Assembly: GCF_006345805.1 (NCBI RefSeq)
Contig: NC_042997.1
Location: forward strand, 158,410,001 to 158,474,000
Reading direction: 5' to 3'
DNA from: Octopus sinensis
Lineage: Eukaryota
Length of the DNA stretch: 64,000 nucleotides
The notes beneath the pieces are model-generated. The model did no database searches, was not told the origin of the DNA, and saw only the letters and a list, made by a program, of their open reading frames with translations. Positions 12,181-24,600 of the stretch are shown here, piece after piece (the first letter of the stretch is position 1; each line of letters starts with the position of its first letter). The translations under genes were made by a program, and so were the position numbers.

Positions 12181-12234
12181 ACAACTATGTGAAAAGTCCC
12201 ATTAAAGCAAAGGAACTAAAAAAGTCGTAAAGAT

Positions 12235-12700
12235 TTTTGTTACAAACAGTGTAGTTACTTTCTTAGATGCGTGATATCTCAATGTGACATACGCAAAACT
12301 TTGAAACCAGCACCAGGAACCCTGATAAAACATACTAATTACACACTAAGTACGTAAATTCTATAATTATCAATACATGCAACTGTCCATGCATCTATGC
12401 GAACAGGCTAATATTTACAAGTAACATAAATAATACCTACACATACGCACTCAGAAAGTAAAAGAGAAGCACGTGTCACGAGCAACGCCGTATTGAACAA
12501 AAATAAAGTGACTTCCCACAAACGAATATAAAAAGGAATATATTAGTCACTCAGTTTAAAACATCACTAAACAGTTATGCCTGGAAAGATAGCTACGAGA
12601 AAAAATTTTCGAAATAGATTTTCGACGGTACGATAAATATATCCATTCGGAGAATAAGAAAACGGTGGCATGTCAAAAAGTCAACCTTAAACAAACAGAC
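12235..12700 (+). pseudogene. Possible Penelope-like RT-thumb/GIY-YIG remnant, heavily decayed
   Basis: Short fragments VTFLDA, ANRL, YALRK and TSLNSYAWK resemble the motif order of the family at 21758-22189; many frameshifts. Confidence 0.35.
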
Positions 12701-12747
12701 CCGTCTCCTATTATCGCCATCAATGCTTTAATGACAATCCAAATCTC

Positions 12748-13145
12748 ATGCCAGCTCGCTCAAAACCCGAGACAAGGACCGCGTTGCCTAGCGGGGAACC
12801 AGACGGGTCAAAAGCCTACTACTGGAACAAACACGCCAAAAGAAAAACAATTGAACTTCCAGATTACCAGAACCAGGATAACTCTAACCCTAGACCCGTG
12901 GTGACACCACCGAAAACACCACCTATAGCAAAATACATAAAATGAACTACAGAGGATTATAGAGATGTGTTGAATGATTTCTATACCGTCAATCTAAACC
13001 CAAAGAATAACCTCATTGTACAAACATACACTTCATGGAGAAACATTGCGAGCAGCGAAGTACGCAGATATATAAACACAAATACATTAAGTAATGTGCG
13101 TAGAGACATCATTAAGAAGAAATGGTTAACTGACGCTGAAATTTG
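12748..13145 (+). pseudogene. N-terminal (Myb-like) region of a restriction-like-endonuclease LINE ORF
   Basis: ORFs 12748-12945 and 12967-13215 are in one frame, separated by a TGA at a Trp position: KYIK(W)TTEDYRDVLNDFY...TYTSWRN...RRDIIKKKWLTDAEI. Confidence 0.55.
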
Positions 13146-13761
13146 TTTTTCTCTTTTGTTTCTACTGTTCAGACACTTGCATGCGTACGAGAATTTTTGT
13201 GTGCGAACCGACTGAGTTGCATCATGGGATATTGTCTTCTGTATATTCACATTGATTTTGTGTGTAGAATTTGCTAGTCAGCAGGAGACACTGTATATCA
13301 ATGAACATCATTGAAATATCAGAGTCACGGTTCTCTTTGAATAAATCACTTTACGATATATTAGTTCTGCCCTTAATGAAATATACTTTCCTGCAACACT
13401 CAACTTGATAAATGTAATCATCCAGTAATGGTCGATTTCTTGATATTTAACCAAAAACTGTGAAAATATTTGGAATATATAATTGCTTCTAGTATTGGTT
13501 CAGGACCATGGATTTCAAGGGGATGGAGATTAATCGATTAATCATCCTCAGTATTTTACTGGTACTCAAATTTACCGAACCATAAAAGAGGAACGGCAAA
13601 GTTGACAATGGTGAAATTTGAATTTAGATCATAAAGGGACATAATTAAATGCCGCAAGGAATCTACATCGATGAACTATGAATTCTGCCAAACTACTGCT
13701 ACATGAAATAAAATTTAAGAACAATAATAAAATATTCTCGTACTTCTGGATTAAAATGTTT

Positions 13762-14191
13762 GGATCTTTTCGGTTTGAACGGCAGTTTTTCTAGCGGTGT
13801 CATATGAAATTGTCACCCATAATTATGACCCTGGTATCGATCTATTGCATTTCAATCTGTTTAGGGTTAGGGTTAGGGTTAGGGTTAGGGGTGGGGGGAA
13901 GGGTATCTTTTTTTCTTCACAAATGTAAATAAACCCAATCTGTTTCTTAAACGAGGGACATGTTCATACGGCACAGAATGTTTTTTTTTACCTCTATAGA
14001 CGTCAGTGATTGGTTGAAATTGCAGACATTGAAGAAAAAAAAGCAATGAATATCTTACAAACTATAGAATTTTCTCAATAAAGCCAAGAGAAAAAGATGT
14101 TTTATAAACACATTCTACCAGTATACGAAGTTTAAAATTTTTTAGTTACTTAGAAATTATGTTAAAACTGCTGCTCAAACCGAATAGATCC
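13762..14191. mobile_element. Non-autonomous DNA transposon (MITE), 28-bp TIRs, 8-bp TSD, internal (TTAGGG)5
   Basis: TIRs ggatcttttcggtttgaacggcagtttt / aaaactgctgctcaaaccgaatagatcc (3 mismatches); flanks aaatgttt / aaatgtct; TTAGGG x5 at 13861-13890. Confidence 0.8.
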
Positions 14192-16889
14192 AAATGTCTT
14201 CAATCGTATTTTCTTTTTCTTTAGAACCTTGTCATAACATAATTCATTTTTACCATTTCATTTTATTTTCCTTCATGTTTACCCTGAACGTGATGACTGC
14301 ATCTACCACTTCAATTAATTCCCCTCCCTACACACACATCCATAATCTAACTTCTTCAAATTATATTCTAGATTGATTTTCATGCTAATCGTTTCTCGAT
14401 TATTGATCCCTTAATATATGTTCTTAATAGTTATTCCTTAAGCCAGACTGAAATTGCATGTTAATAACCCGTCTACCTCTACCTTATTATCCTGATTTTA
14501 CTGAACTTCACTGTCATTCCAGCATTTCGTTTCATTTCATGTGAATTCTAAATTACACTTACAATAATATTTGTGTTCATTTATTTAAAAAATGTTTTTC
14601 CTCGTTTCTATTATCTTATCCTTTCTCCCTCTAATTCAATTATATTCCACTAATTTCCTTATTTATGTATGTCATTCTTGGTATCCTTAATTGTGAATAA
14701 TAATCATGTTATCTACTCTTGATTCTAAAATCCATAATAGGAAGAAGATGCGAATCCATTTAGGAACTCTGTATATTGTGAATTGCAAATGACGAACAAC
14801 AAATGGTTTTGCACTATATCTCTTTCACTAGCATTTGGGCAGCTTTAGAGAAGTTCACTCAGTCTCGTGCATGTGAACATGGCTCTGGGTTCGAGGTAAA
14901 ATGTTCATAGAATATATTACTTACAAAAGCATTTGACATTACGTAGCGTCTTTCTTCGCTATTGTATGATCAAGAAAACATTTTTTTTTTCAAGGAAAAA
15001 AATCTAGCTTCTAAATCTTACACGAGTAGATGTTTTTCTATCCCATGGGACATGATTTTATGTTCTTCTTGCCCCAATTCGGGGCTAATATCTCTTCAAA
15101 CAAAGTAGTTTGAGAAGTCTAAAAATGATCATTGGCTTTCACTTGGACTAATTACTGGAAATGAAACGGCGGTATATCGTATGTTTTTGATTGCATCCCA
15201 TCGAAAACTTAAGTAAATTCTTTTTAAAAAGCATGGTAACTATTTTCTCTGTAAAAATAATCCTATATTTTTCAATTTTTTCACTGACCCATCTGACCTG
15301 CATATTTCAAAGTTTCGAATGAACTAAGCTGTTAATTATATGTCTTCGATTTCGAGTACAGATCGTTTTGTTCGAATATTTCTATTGTTTTGTGTAAAGT
15401 AGCTTTTATCTTTTCATCGTTCACACCCAATTAATCCTAATGTTTATCATGCTTTTATCAAATTACTTGAAGGCCGGTTTATAAAATACATATTTGAATA
15501 CATTTCAATCCTCATCGACCCAAGGCTTCCTGAAAATTAATTGCTTTTAACTCATTCAATATATTTTTAAAGGATACGATTATTTTACTAAAGATTTTTT
15601 AAAATTTTGTTTTAGCTTTAAAACATTCCACAGAAATATTTTCTTTCCGTACCCTAATTTGATTTTGTGGATGTTTTTATTCTGGAACCATTTACATACT
15701 TTCTCAGTGATGATTTCAATGAAGTATCAATTAGTTCATCCGCAATTTATTTCAAGTAGGTCTGGTTCACTAACAAAGAGCAAACAGAGTATAAAACGCA
15801 ATCGTTCACAAGTAGAGGTTCTTTAATGTATAAGTTTCTTGATGGCATATTTTCCAACCTTTCTCTAACACTCTCACCGATTTAAGTTATACCAATTCAT
15901 TGATTAAAATCTCCGAAGATAGGCACCCTGCCATTTTCAGGGTAAAATTTCAAACGAGGAGATACAATTTTCGAAAATTTATTTGTTTTTACTATCTTCC
16001 AGTTTTGTAAATGTTTGCACGTAATGTCTGAAAATTGTTACCTTTTTATTTGCTGTGGAGTGCTACTCATTGACACATCTGAAACACACTCCATTGTTTC
16101 TTCATTTAGTGATTGAGAATGTCATTTATAGCTGGCAAGCCAAATCTAGCTTCTGCATTCATAGAAAGAAAAGCGCGCCCACATCCTATTTCAGGATATT
16201 TTTCAAACTAGTTTCATTCAGACCTGCAATGCTAATCTTATACTGCGAAAACTTTTTACCAATAAATATTCTTTTAAGTCTGAGATGTTTTCACTGTTCC
16301 AAATAGTACAAATATTTCAAGCTCATAGATTAAATAGTGCTGATATGTTACCGGTTTGTCTAACAAACGAAATCTCGCTGGCTGCAATTAGAGAGAAAGG
16401 GACAACATCTATGTTATATATTCTAGCCCTTTCTTCATGATAGGATGCGTTCTTAGAGCAGTCTGTTCTATCGCCCCAGTAAGCGTAAAATCTGCTGCTT
16501 TCTTTTTCCGCAAAGTTATATATAGTTATCAATCTTGTAGTGTCTTTCTACAGGTTCAGTGATCTACTAAGTCAGGACGACCGGAAAAATCTTTATGCAT
16601 ACTATATTTTTTCTTCTCATTTCCACGCAAATGTTCGATCCGTATCGTTTTATTTCTGATGAATGGGTGTCGCCTCATAACTATTTCACCAAAAGTGGAT
16701 GGAAAAAAAAGCAACGCTAATGACAGTAATATTCCACTTCAGAAACGAAAATAATGATATAAAATGTAATAACCATGAAATGTGGTACTATCTATTTATA
16801 TCAACTTCATGATTTATCTATATCATTTATCATGTGCAAGGTAACGATATATTACAATAGTCCCGTCACTTCTTGAAATAAATTAATAA

Positions 16890-16954
<65 letters not shown>

Positions 16955-16955
16955 C

Positions 16956-17033
<78 letters not shown>

Positions 17034-17349
17034 TTATACACACATATAGGAGTGTGTCTATACTTCTGGTTCTTATGCGTTTTAGGAATTGCTTGAAAAC
17101 TGTTTGGATCGATGCAAATATGACAGAAAACGACCTTATGGATTGTTAATTCAATAATGCTTCAAATGATTTTTTGTGATATTTGAAACATCGCAAAAAT
17201 CTTTACTTAAAAAAAAAAATCAATTCATGCTCACCTATAAACACAATTCTTATAAACTGTTTCTCGGAGGTCAAAATGTAGCGTAACACAGACTAATAAA
17301 TTCCTGCTATACATAAAGAGTTGGTTTATAACATAGACACTCATTGTGT

Positions 17350-17395
<46 letters not shown>

Positions 17396-18070
17396 CAGGG
17401 TGTGGTGAATAAACTGTCGTTTAGATTACCCAAAAATGAAAATAAATTACAAAAATTACATAAAAAAACATCTTGAAATACTAAAGTGTAACGTTATTCA
17501 ATAAAATCGCAATTGGTTTCAACAATGACCTCCAGACGACTTCAGAATCTTCTGGGCGGTCTACTTGTTTAAGTTTGTGAATGCAGCCATAATCCTTGCC
17601 TTCAGTTTATCTTTGATATCTTTGGTGTTACAAGGAGTTTTTTTGGCCTCTCGCTCAACTGAGCTCCAAGCATAATAATCAAGGGCGTTGCAGTCTCGGC
17701 AGTTAGTTGGTCAGATGTTAGGGATGATGTGGTCACAGAAATGGACTGACAACTATGATTGGGTTCTGCTTGTGTGACATGATGCAGAGACGTGTTGCCA
17801 GACATAGGGTCTTCCAGAAGCGACCCTCTTGACCCAGGGCAGCCCTACCTCCTCCAGACACGATGTAGGCCTCCATGTTGAGACTGAGGCCATATGAGAA
17901 GACGAATGGAAGCATAACTTTACCATCGCTAGTGAACCAAACATCATGAGGCTGACTGGATGTTTTATTTTTATCACTCTCGGTAGATGTCCTCAGATTG
18001 ACACGCTGAAATGTTTGTATTGAAGCTTCTGGTGCGAATGCCAAGCAGTACAGTATGTTGTTTCCAAGTG
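17396..18070 (-). mobile_element. Tc1/mariner-superfamily transposon remnant (catalytic C-terminus + one TIR)
   Basis: KHPV...TSDGKVMLPFVF..GL.LN.EAY, LEEVGLPWVKRVASGRPYVWQH..ASCHTSRTQS, ALDYYAWS; TA|cagggtg terminus at 17394-17402. Confidence 0.8.
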
Positions 18071-18211
18071 AAATGCGTCATTGTGCTGCTTTCTCATAGA
18101 CAGTGCTCAGCTGACCCTACTATACTGTGTAGTCGACATAATCAAAAAGGAACAATGCGCAAAATTAAGAATATAACACGGTGACAGTTCACCCATCGCA
18201 GCCACTGTGTT

Positions 18212-18249
<38 letters not shown>

Positions 18250-18291
18250 CATAATTAAATCTCAGAATGAGATTGAAACAGTAATCGCTCG

Positions 18292-18577
18292 ATAATATAA
18301 AGTATAGAAGCCATCTTATCATGGCTAACCACATTGGGGAGGGGGTTGTTACTGTAGCTTTATAGCCCCAAGAGATCTTCATCTCTAGCTGGCTCTAAAC
18401 ACAATATCTGTGTCTTTGGAGTATTTGCAAAGGAGGCCTCCCTTTGCAAATACTCCAAAGACACAGATATTGTGTTTAGAGCCAGCTAGAGATGAAGATC
18501 TCTTGGGGCTATAAAGCTACAGTAACAACCCCCTCCCCAATGTGGTTAGCCATGATATGATGGCTTCTATACTTTAC

Positions 18578-18582
<5 letters not shown>
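18292..18582. repeat. Near-perfect ~290-bp palindrome with no loop
   Basis: Arms of ~145 bp, centre agg|cct at 18436/18437, two mismatches and one extra C; (TA)n close by on both sides. Confidence 0.95.
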
Positions 18583-18621
<39 letters not shown>

Positions 18622-18899
18622 CATACACGTGCATATATCTATCTACCTATCTATTCATTTGTCTTTCTATACCCATCTATAAACTACGGCGAGTTTAGTT
18701 GGGATTTCTTAACGACAATCTCACCTTAATATAATTAAGGTATCTTCTGCCTAATATATGTACATATGTATTATTATACTTATATATTATTTGCTTGCAC
18801 AAATACTTGTATGCGTACTACATAAACACATATTCAAATGTATGCACACATAAATACATATATGCATACATATAAACATGAATACACACAAACATACAT

Positions 18900-19620
18900 A
18901 GCCAGTCGTAGTATAAAGGAGTAGTGATGGGCCACGCATAATAAAATGGAGTACCGGTGGAATATCCTACTGAAAACCTGAATGAAATGTAAACACAATA
19001 GAGTTGATATAAGGATTAGGGATAGATAAACTGTGTACAGTACTGGAAATCAGCTGCTGAGCGGATGTTAACAAGAAGCTAAATTTCAGTGAAAAAGGGA
19101 GTACCTACGCTGAAATATTGAGAAATCGGCAGTTACTAAATCCAGATTATAAGTTCAGGTTTATACCTGTAATTATTGAGGAACTGGGATATGTAACAAA
19201 CTGCCTAAATACCAATTTTGAGAAATTAGGCTTCTCAAGACCAGAAAGGAGAAAGCTGATTTCAAGACTACTGATTCAATCCATCACTGGAACTGTAAAG
19301 TTCTGTAAAATTTTCTAGAAGTTTATCACTTATTGTATATATGATCATGTCTAGACATGCAACTGTATGCATGAAAATACATACATAAAACAAAACAAGC
19401 AGATCAGCACATATACTTTCATAAATTCATATATACATACATACATATACATACATACATACATACATACATACATACATACATACATACATACATACAA
19501 AATTACCCTGTCGATGTTGTTCGAATTCCAATGAAGGAATGTTGGATCTAGGTTAGAAACCGACTCTTTCTCTATTGGCAACACTGCTTGAATTAAACCT
19601 GAATAAAGATATACATGCAT
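18900..19620 (+). pseudogene. 3' fragment of a restriction-like-endonuclease LINE with (CATA)n-containing tail
   Basis: KHNRVDIRI.DR...TVLEISC, YAEILRNRQLLNPDYKFRFIPVIIEELGYV...IQSITGTVKFCKIF*; followed by UTR and (CATA)n. Confidence 0.65.
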
Positions 19621-19795
19621 ACAAACATACATACATACATATGGACACACATGCATTGATATATATATATATACACATATATAGAAATTCGGGGTGAGTA
19701 CTTGATAATTATAAGCACCTGTGTATACCGTTTGGTGGTGTAGGTGGTGGAGTAAATTGATCAAAATAAAATAAAAACATGATGCGAAGGATTCA

Positions 19796-19873
19796 GCGGT
19801 ACATATGTTTCGGGCCTTTATTAGACAGATTTATAACAATGTATAATGTATGTCTGTGGCCTTCTTCAGCCGC
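19796..19873 (-). ncRNA. Type-I hammerhead ribozyme
   Basis: gcgg-CTGAAGA-aggcc-acaga...tctgt..-ggccc-GAAAC-ATAT-GTA-ccgc. Stem I is 4 bp GC, the loop AUAU is palindromic, the triplet is GUA, and there is an A-C mismatch at 10.1-11.1. Confidence 0.7.
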
Positions 19874-21757
19874 GCACAACAGCTTCCACAAGGACATGTG
19901 TTACATCAAAAATTCTTGGTTGGGGATGCGAATCCTCTCATTCGCGTACGACATAATGCGGCAGCAGCATAGAATTGAAGCGTCCATCTCCTTCTTCTCT
20001 CAATGTAGAATGAGGAAAACTGGATGTTGAGTTAATGTAAATAAATAAATACATATATAGACGTGAAGATGGAGGGGCGAGAATTCGGGACCAGGGATAA
20101 CAAATGTATAAAAGGTGTAAGTATAGAAAAATATAAAAATGTAGAGCATAAAGATATAAGAGTTATAAGGAGATGTAAAGGGGGTATAAAGGATATAAAG
20201 AAATATAAAGAAATATAAGTAAATGTAAAGGCATAAGGTTATAAAGTAAAAATAGAAATAGAAATAAGAGTAAAAAACATGATAAAAACATGATAAAAAT
20301 GTAAAAGAATGTAAAGATAAGGGATGTATAGAGGTTACGGACAAGCATGGTGGTCAGGAGATTGATAAAATTAGTTGTAGAATTGTCAGTAAATCAACAG
20401 TTTCGTCTGGGGACCTAATGTGTTGTAAATCAGAGTTGATGAGCATTTAATCTGGTTTCTTGAATTAAATGGACTTCTAGTACATACATATCATCATGGA
20501 TACATACACCCACATACACGCGTACATATACGCCTCCAAGCCTATAAGCATACACACGCACTCGCGTGTAAACATGTACATAAACACACACGCACCCACA
20601 CGCACGCGCGTACACACACATACATACAACAGAATATCCGCATGCATACACGGACACTATACGCGTACACACTCACATGTACATACGCGCCCATCCCTAC
20701 ATACACACACGTATATGCCCACGCCTCTAGGTCTAGATATAAGATATTAAAGGATGTATATAAGAACGTATGTAAACAGGCACGTACTCATGTCTATACG
20801 TGCACGCACACAGGGCTGTGTGTCCGTATGCGCGTGCACATATACACTCACATACACAGAGACACACGCGCACATGGGTATAGCTATAAGATATCGAAAT
20901 ATGCATGTACATATATGCGCGTGCATATGTATGTATGCGTATACACACGTACGCGGACGCTCGTATAGTCAAAAAGTGGATCTATAGGTAAGTAAATAAA
21001 CATATATAGAGGTATAAAGCGATAAGTTAGGGGTAAGAATGTGGGTAAGGGTAAAAATTAGAAATAAAAAATACAGTATAAAAAATAAGAAATACAATGT
21101 AATAGTTAGAAATGAAATATAAGAATTATAAAAATTATAAGAGTTAAGGTAAGGGATGAAAATAAAAATGAGAATAAATGGAAGTAGAATAAAAGTAAAA
21201 ATAAAAAAAATGGAAGTAGGATAAAAGTAAAAATAAAAGTAAAAATAAAAATAAAATAAAATAAGATAAAAATATAATTTGGTAAAATTTAACATGAGAT
21301 GAAGGTGGTTGAAAGTTAGAGGTGTGTGTTAAACGTAGGGGCGGGCGGGGGGAACTGAAAATTGGAAGGGTGGGAAGTGGAGTTTGGCGGTGTGCGTTCA
21401 ACATCCGAGTTAGAAATGTGAAAGGGTATAGATATAGGGAATTAAAGAGACTATATAGGGAGGATATGGGTGTAGGAGAAGAAATATTTAGGGAAAAGAA
21501 GTCATATATGGGAGACAAAATTTGTATATATAGGAGGAAAATGCAGGGAACCGTATATGCACATACACACACCCACACACACACACACACACACGCACAT
21601 GTATATATATATATGTACACACACGTACACGTATGTGCACATACACATACATACACACACATACGCATATACACGCACATATAGGAAAACGGGAAGTGCT
21701 GGAGCCGATAGGTTGCACCGGGTGGGAGGAAATTGCATGGGGGAGTTGGTATAAGAC

Positions 21758-22405
21758 CTAAGCTTTGTAGTATTTGAAAGTATTAATAAGTTTGTGTATA
21801 CAGGATGGTTTGAACTCTGACCTTTTGTTAATAAGATTGTGTTTGTCTTTGAATTTCAAGATGTTCAGGAGTTCTACACAACATAGTTGGCATCCTGCTC
21901 TATTATTTAAATAAGGTGCAGCTGATCCGATGATGGACCATCTGAGTTTGAAGCCTATGCATTTGTCTTTTAATTCCCAAATTCTTTTAGAGAGGGAGGT
22001 GCTGTTAGCCTTATGTCTGTGTCTCAGCGAGGACCGGTGGTTGTAGTATCTGGATTTCCAGGAGGTTGAGCAACCAATATAGGTGAGTGTGTTAAACTGA
22101 GTACTCACCTCACATGAATATATTACGTTTTTCGCCCTACATGCGCCCTGCAGCGGGCACTCTGATGCACATCTGCTGTTGCATTGCATTGCATTATTCG
22201 GTCGTGTGCTGCTAATCCCAGGCGGAGATGTTGCAATACGAGTGGGGGCGTTGGTATCCTCCTGGTTGTTGATGGGTGTAGTATTTCCTCTGTTGTGTTG
22301 GCGGGTGTTATTACTAACTGTTTGGGTAGTATGGCTACCAGTCTGGTTATGTTGTCTACTGTCTAGATGAGGGGGGTTCTGTTGGTCGCTATGTTTGCTC
22401 TTGAT
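21758..22405 (-). CDS. Penelope-like GIY-YIG endonuclease with upstream low-complexity linker (open frame, no RT)
   Basis: CPLQGACRAKNVIY...TYIGC...SRYYNHRSS...STSLSKRIWELK...CQLCCVE...LINKRSE..SCIH. By my manual translation the frame stays open upstream to a TAG at 22406-22408 (216 codons). Confidence 0.85.
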   Translation of the reverse strand: MKSKHSDQQNPPHLDSRQHNQTGSHTTQTVSNNTRQHNRGNTTPINNQEDTNAPTRIATSPPGISSTRPNNAMQCNSRCASECPLQGACRAKNVIYSCEVSTQFNTLTYIGCSTSWKSRYYNHRSSLRHRHKANSTSLSKRIWELKDKCIGFKLRWSIIGSAAPYLNNRAGCQLCCVELLNILKFKDKHNLINKRSEFKPSCIHKLINTFKYYKA

Positions 22406-22431
22406 CTAGCTGTTCTAATATTAATATAGTT

Positions 22432-22477
<46 letters not shown>

Positions 22478-23509
22478 GGTGTGTGGTACCCATAGTATCG
22501 CAAAGTTTTCAACTGACATAGATCACTCAAAATGCATATGATTTTAGAATAACTCTGCATCTATACAGTGCTCAACATTATCACCTTCCTATTATTCTAC
22601 TCATCTTTCTATGTTTAGAAACAAATATTATCCCATTTTCATCGAGGTTTTCGATAATATAGTTACAGACGAGTTTTATTGATGCTTAAAATTAAGTTAA
22701 ATATCATAAATGATTTAATAGTTACCAATAATTGCACCAGTAGTAAAGTATTTCAAGCTGTTGTGAAAAGGAGGTTAGCAAAAGTTGTGAGGAAAATAAG
22801 GACAGTATTGATTGCATAAATAAAACACCAACGAAAAAATGATAAATTGCAGGTGATATTAAGGATAATTATTATGCCGCATACACGCACATATACGCGC
22901 GCGCGCACACACACACACGCACACACACGCACACACACACACAGGGTAGTTTGAGTGACAGGATACGTATGCGTGACTTACGTGTTTAACACGCTAGGAG
23001 CTACTGAAGAGGTAACCAGCTACAAAATGTTGAATGAGTAGCGTACACGTTAGAAAAGATTGCAGTAACATGTGTAGTGAAATATTAATCGTGATTTGAT
23101 AGGTATATATAATTAATAAATGATGGGATTGTCTCAAACGAAAAATCATTATATTGCAATCATTTAATATTAGTAATAAAACATCTCCCGAAATGAAAAA
23201 GATTAGAGGAGCCGGTGTCTTTGGTAGTAAAGTTACGTTATAGCTAGCCTGTTAGTCTTGTGATGGGCTTTTGGCTATTTCTTTTAAAAGTAAACAGGAA
23301 AACGCCTTTGCTTGTGCTAAGAAAGTGCACTACAAATGTCATGTCTCATATGGAACAGTGGTCAAGAAAGAATCTGTGGCAGTCATCAATGAGAAGTTGG
23401 TATTTTAGATTCTTCAGTTCAATCAACACAAACGCGTCACCCACTATGTATATGGATTTCAAATAACAGACTTAGAGTCACGTTAAATATTTGGAGAAAA
23501 ATTACAGCA

Positions 23510-23541
<32 letters not shown>

Positions 23542-24379
23542 ATATTGCGAGAGACAGACAGACAGACAGAGACAGAGGGGGAGGGAAGGTTGAGAGTGTC
23601 CGATAAGAGAATTTTAAACCGGCTAACTACTGAGCATTTGCCCAAGATACATATATATGGTATACACTTCCAGCTTTATTTTATAATAATACGTGGTTTT
23701 GTGCTTGACTCGGTTGACATAATAATCATTCCTCAAAGATATTATGGTGCTGTTTGTTAGGTGTGTTTTCTTTTTCTTTTTATCAGATTTTAACCTTTTA
23801 ACCGAATGTATGAAGGTCTGATCAAAGAGACAGCTTTTCTTTAGGATGTGAGATAGAGTAACAGCATTTAAATATAGGATCAACTCTACATCACAATATT
23901 TCCGGATGACTGAAGTGACACTATCAGGAGTAGTGGCACTATCATTGGCTTCGTCCCAGCGCTTGCTGGAACGAAGCCAATGCTGCTTTCACATTTGACC
24001 AAGATTAAATTCTAATTAGTGTGAGACTTTTCGTCTCATATTTTTCTTACAGTGGGAGTAGTCCATAATTTAGATTTTTTTACCTTTAAAATATCTCAGT
24101 CCTTGTAAGAATCCCAGGAAATTGCTATTGGACGCATTTGGGCAACATACGCTATTATGAGAAATAAATGCTATGGATTTAGTCGCCACCCGACTGACCA
24201 ACAGCCAAAGTTTTATTCACATAGCCTGGTCGCTAATTTATACATTAACAGGCTTCAGTTAAGAAATATTTCCAAGATCTACACTCTGACAAATATGAGA
24301 AATATAAAAAGAAAAATGCTATTAAAATCTCTTGATCTAATTGTTTGCTCGAGAGCAAAGTACACTAAAATTACTGAAA

Positions 24380-24600
24380 AGTCAATAAGGAGTGTTAGAT
24401 GGTGTGTTTATGCCTAGTACCCAGAAATGAAGTTCAGAGCGGCGGTACTTTTGAATCATCTGCAGTACTAGTTGTCCCGATGGACTTACGCATTCAGGAA
24501 CAAATAGAGGCTGCAATAAGCGTGGAGCACTTCCAGAAAACAATACTACTTGGAATCGCTCGAATATTCCGGATGGTGCTCGAAAAATAAGTGAATAGCT
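24380..24600 (+). pseudogene. R4/Dong C-terminal fragment
   Basis: IEAAISVEHFQKTILLGIARIFRMVLEK*, closely similar in DNA to 11990-12075. Confidence 0.75.

Larger units (their letters stand above)
19685..22430 (-). mobile_element. 5'-truncated Penelope-like retroelement (linker + GIY-YIG + long 3' region + hammerhead)
   Basis: GIY-YIG ORF at 21758-22189, hammerhead at 19796-19873, both ends abut (TA)n. Continuity of the intervening 2 kb is inferred. Confidence 0.7.

Noticed and set aside
13861-13890. (TTAGGG)5 as a telomere or chromosome-fusion scar
   Set aside because: It is only 30 bp, in one orientation, and lies inside a TIR/TSD-bounded element.
19880-21757. SECIS element downstream of the GIY-YIG ORF
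   Set aside because: I could not fold any AUGA/GA quartet with an apical AA loop, and the ORF has no in-frame UGA.
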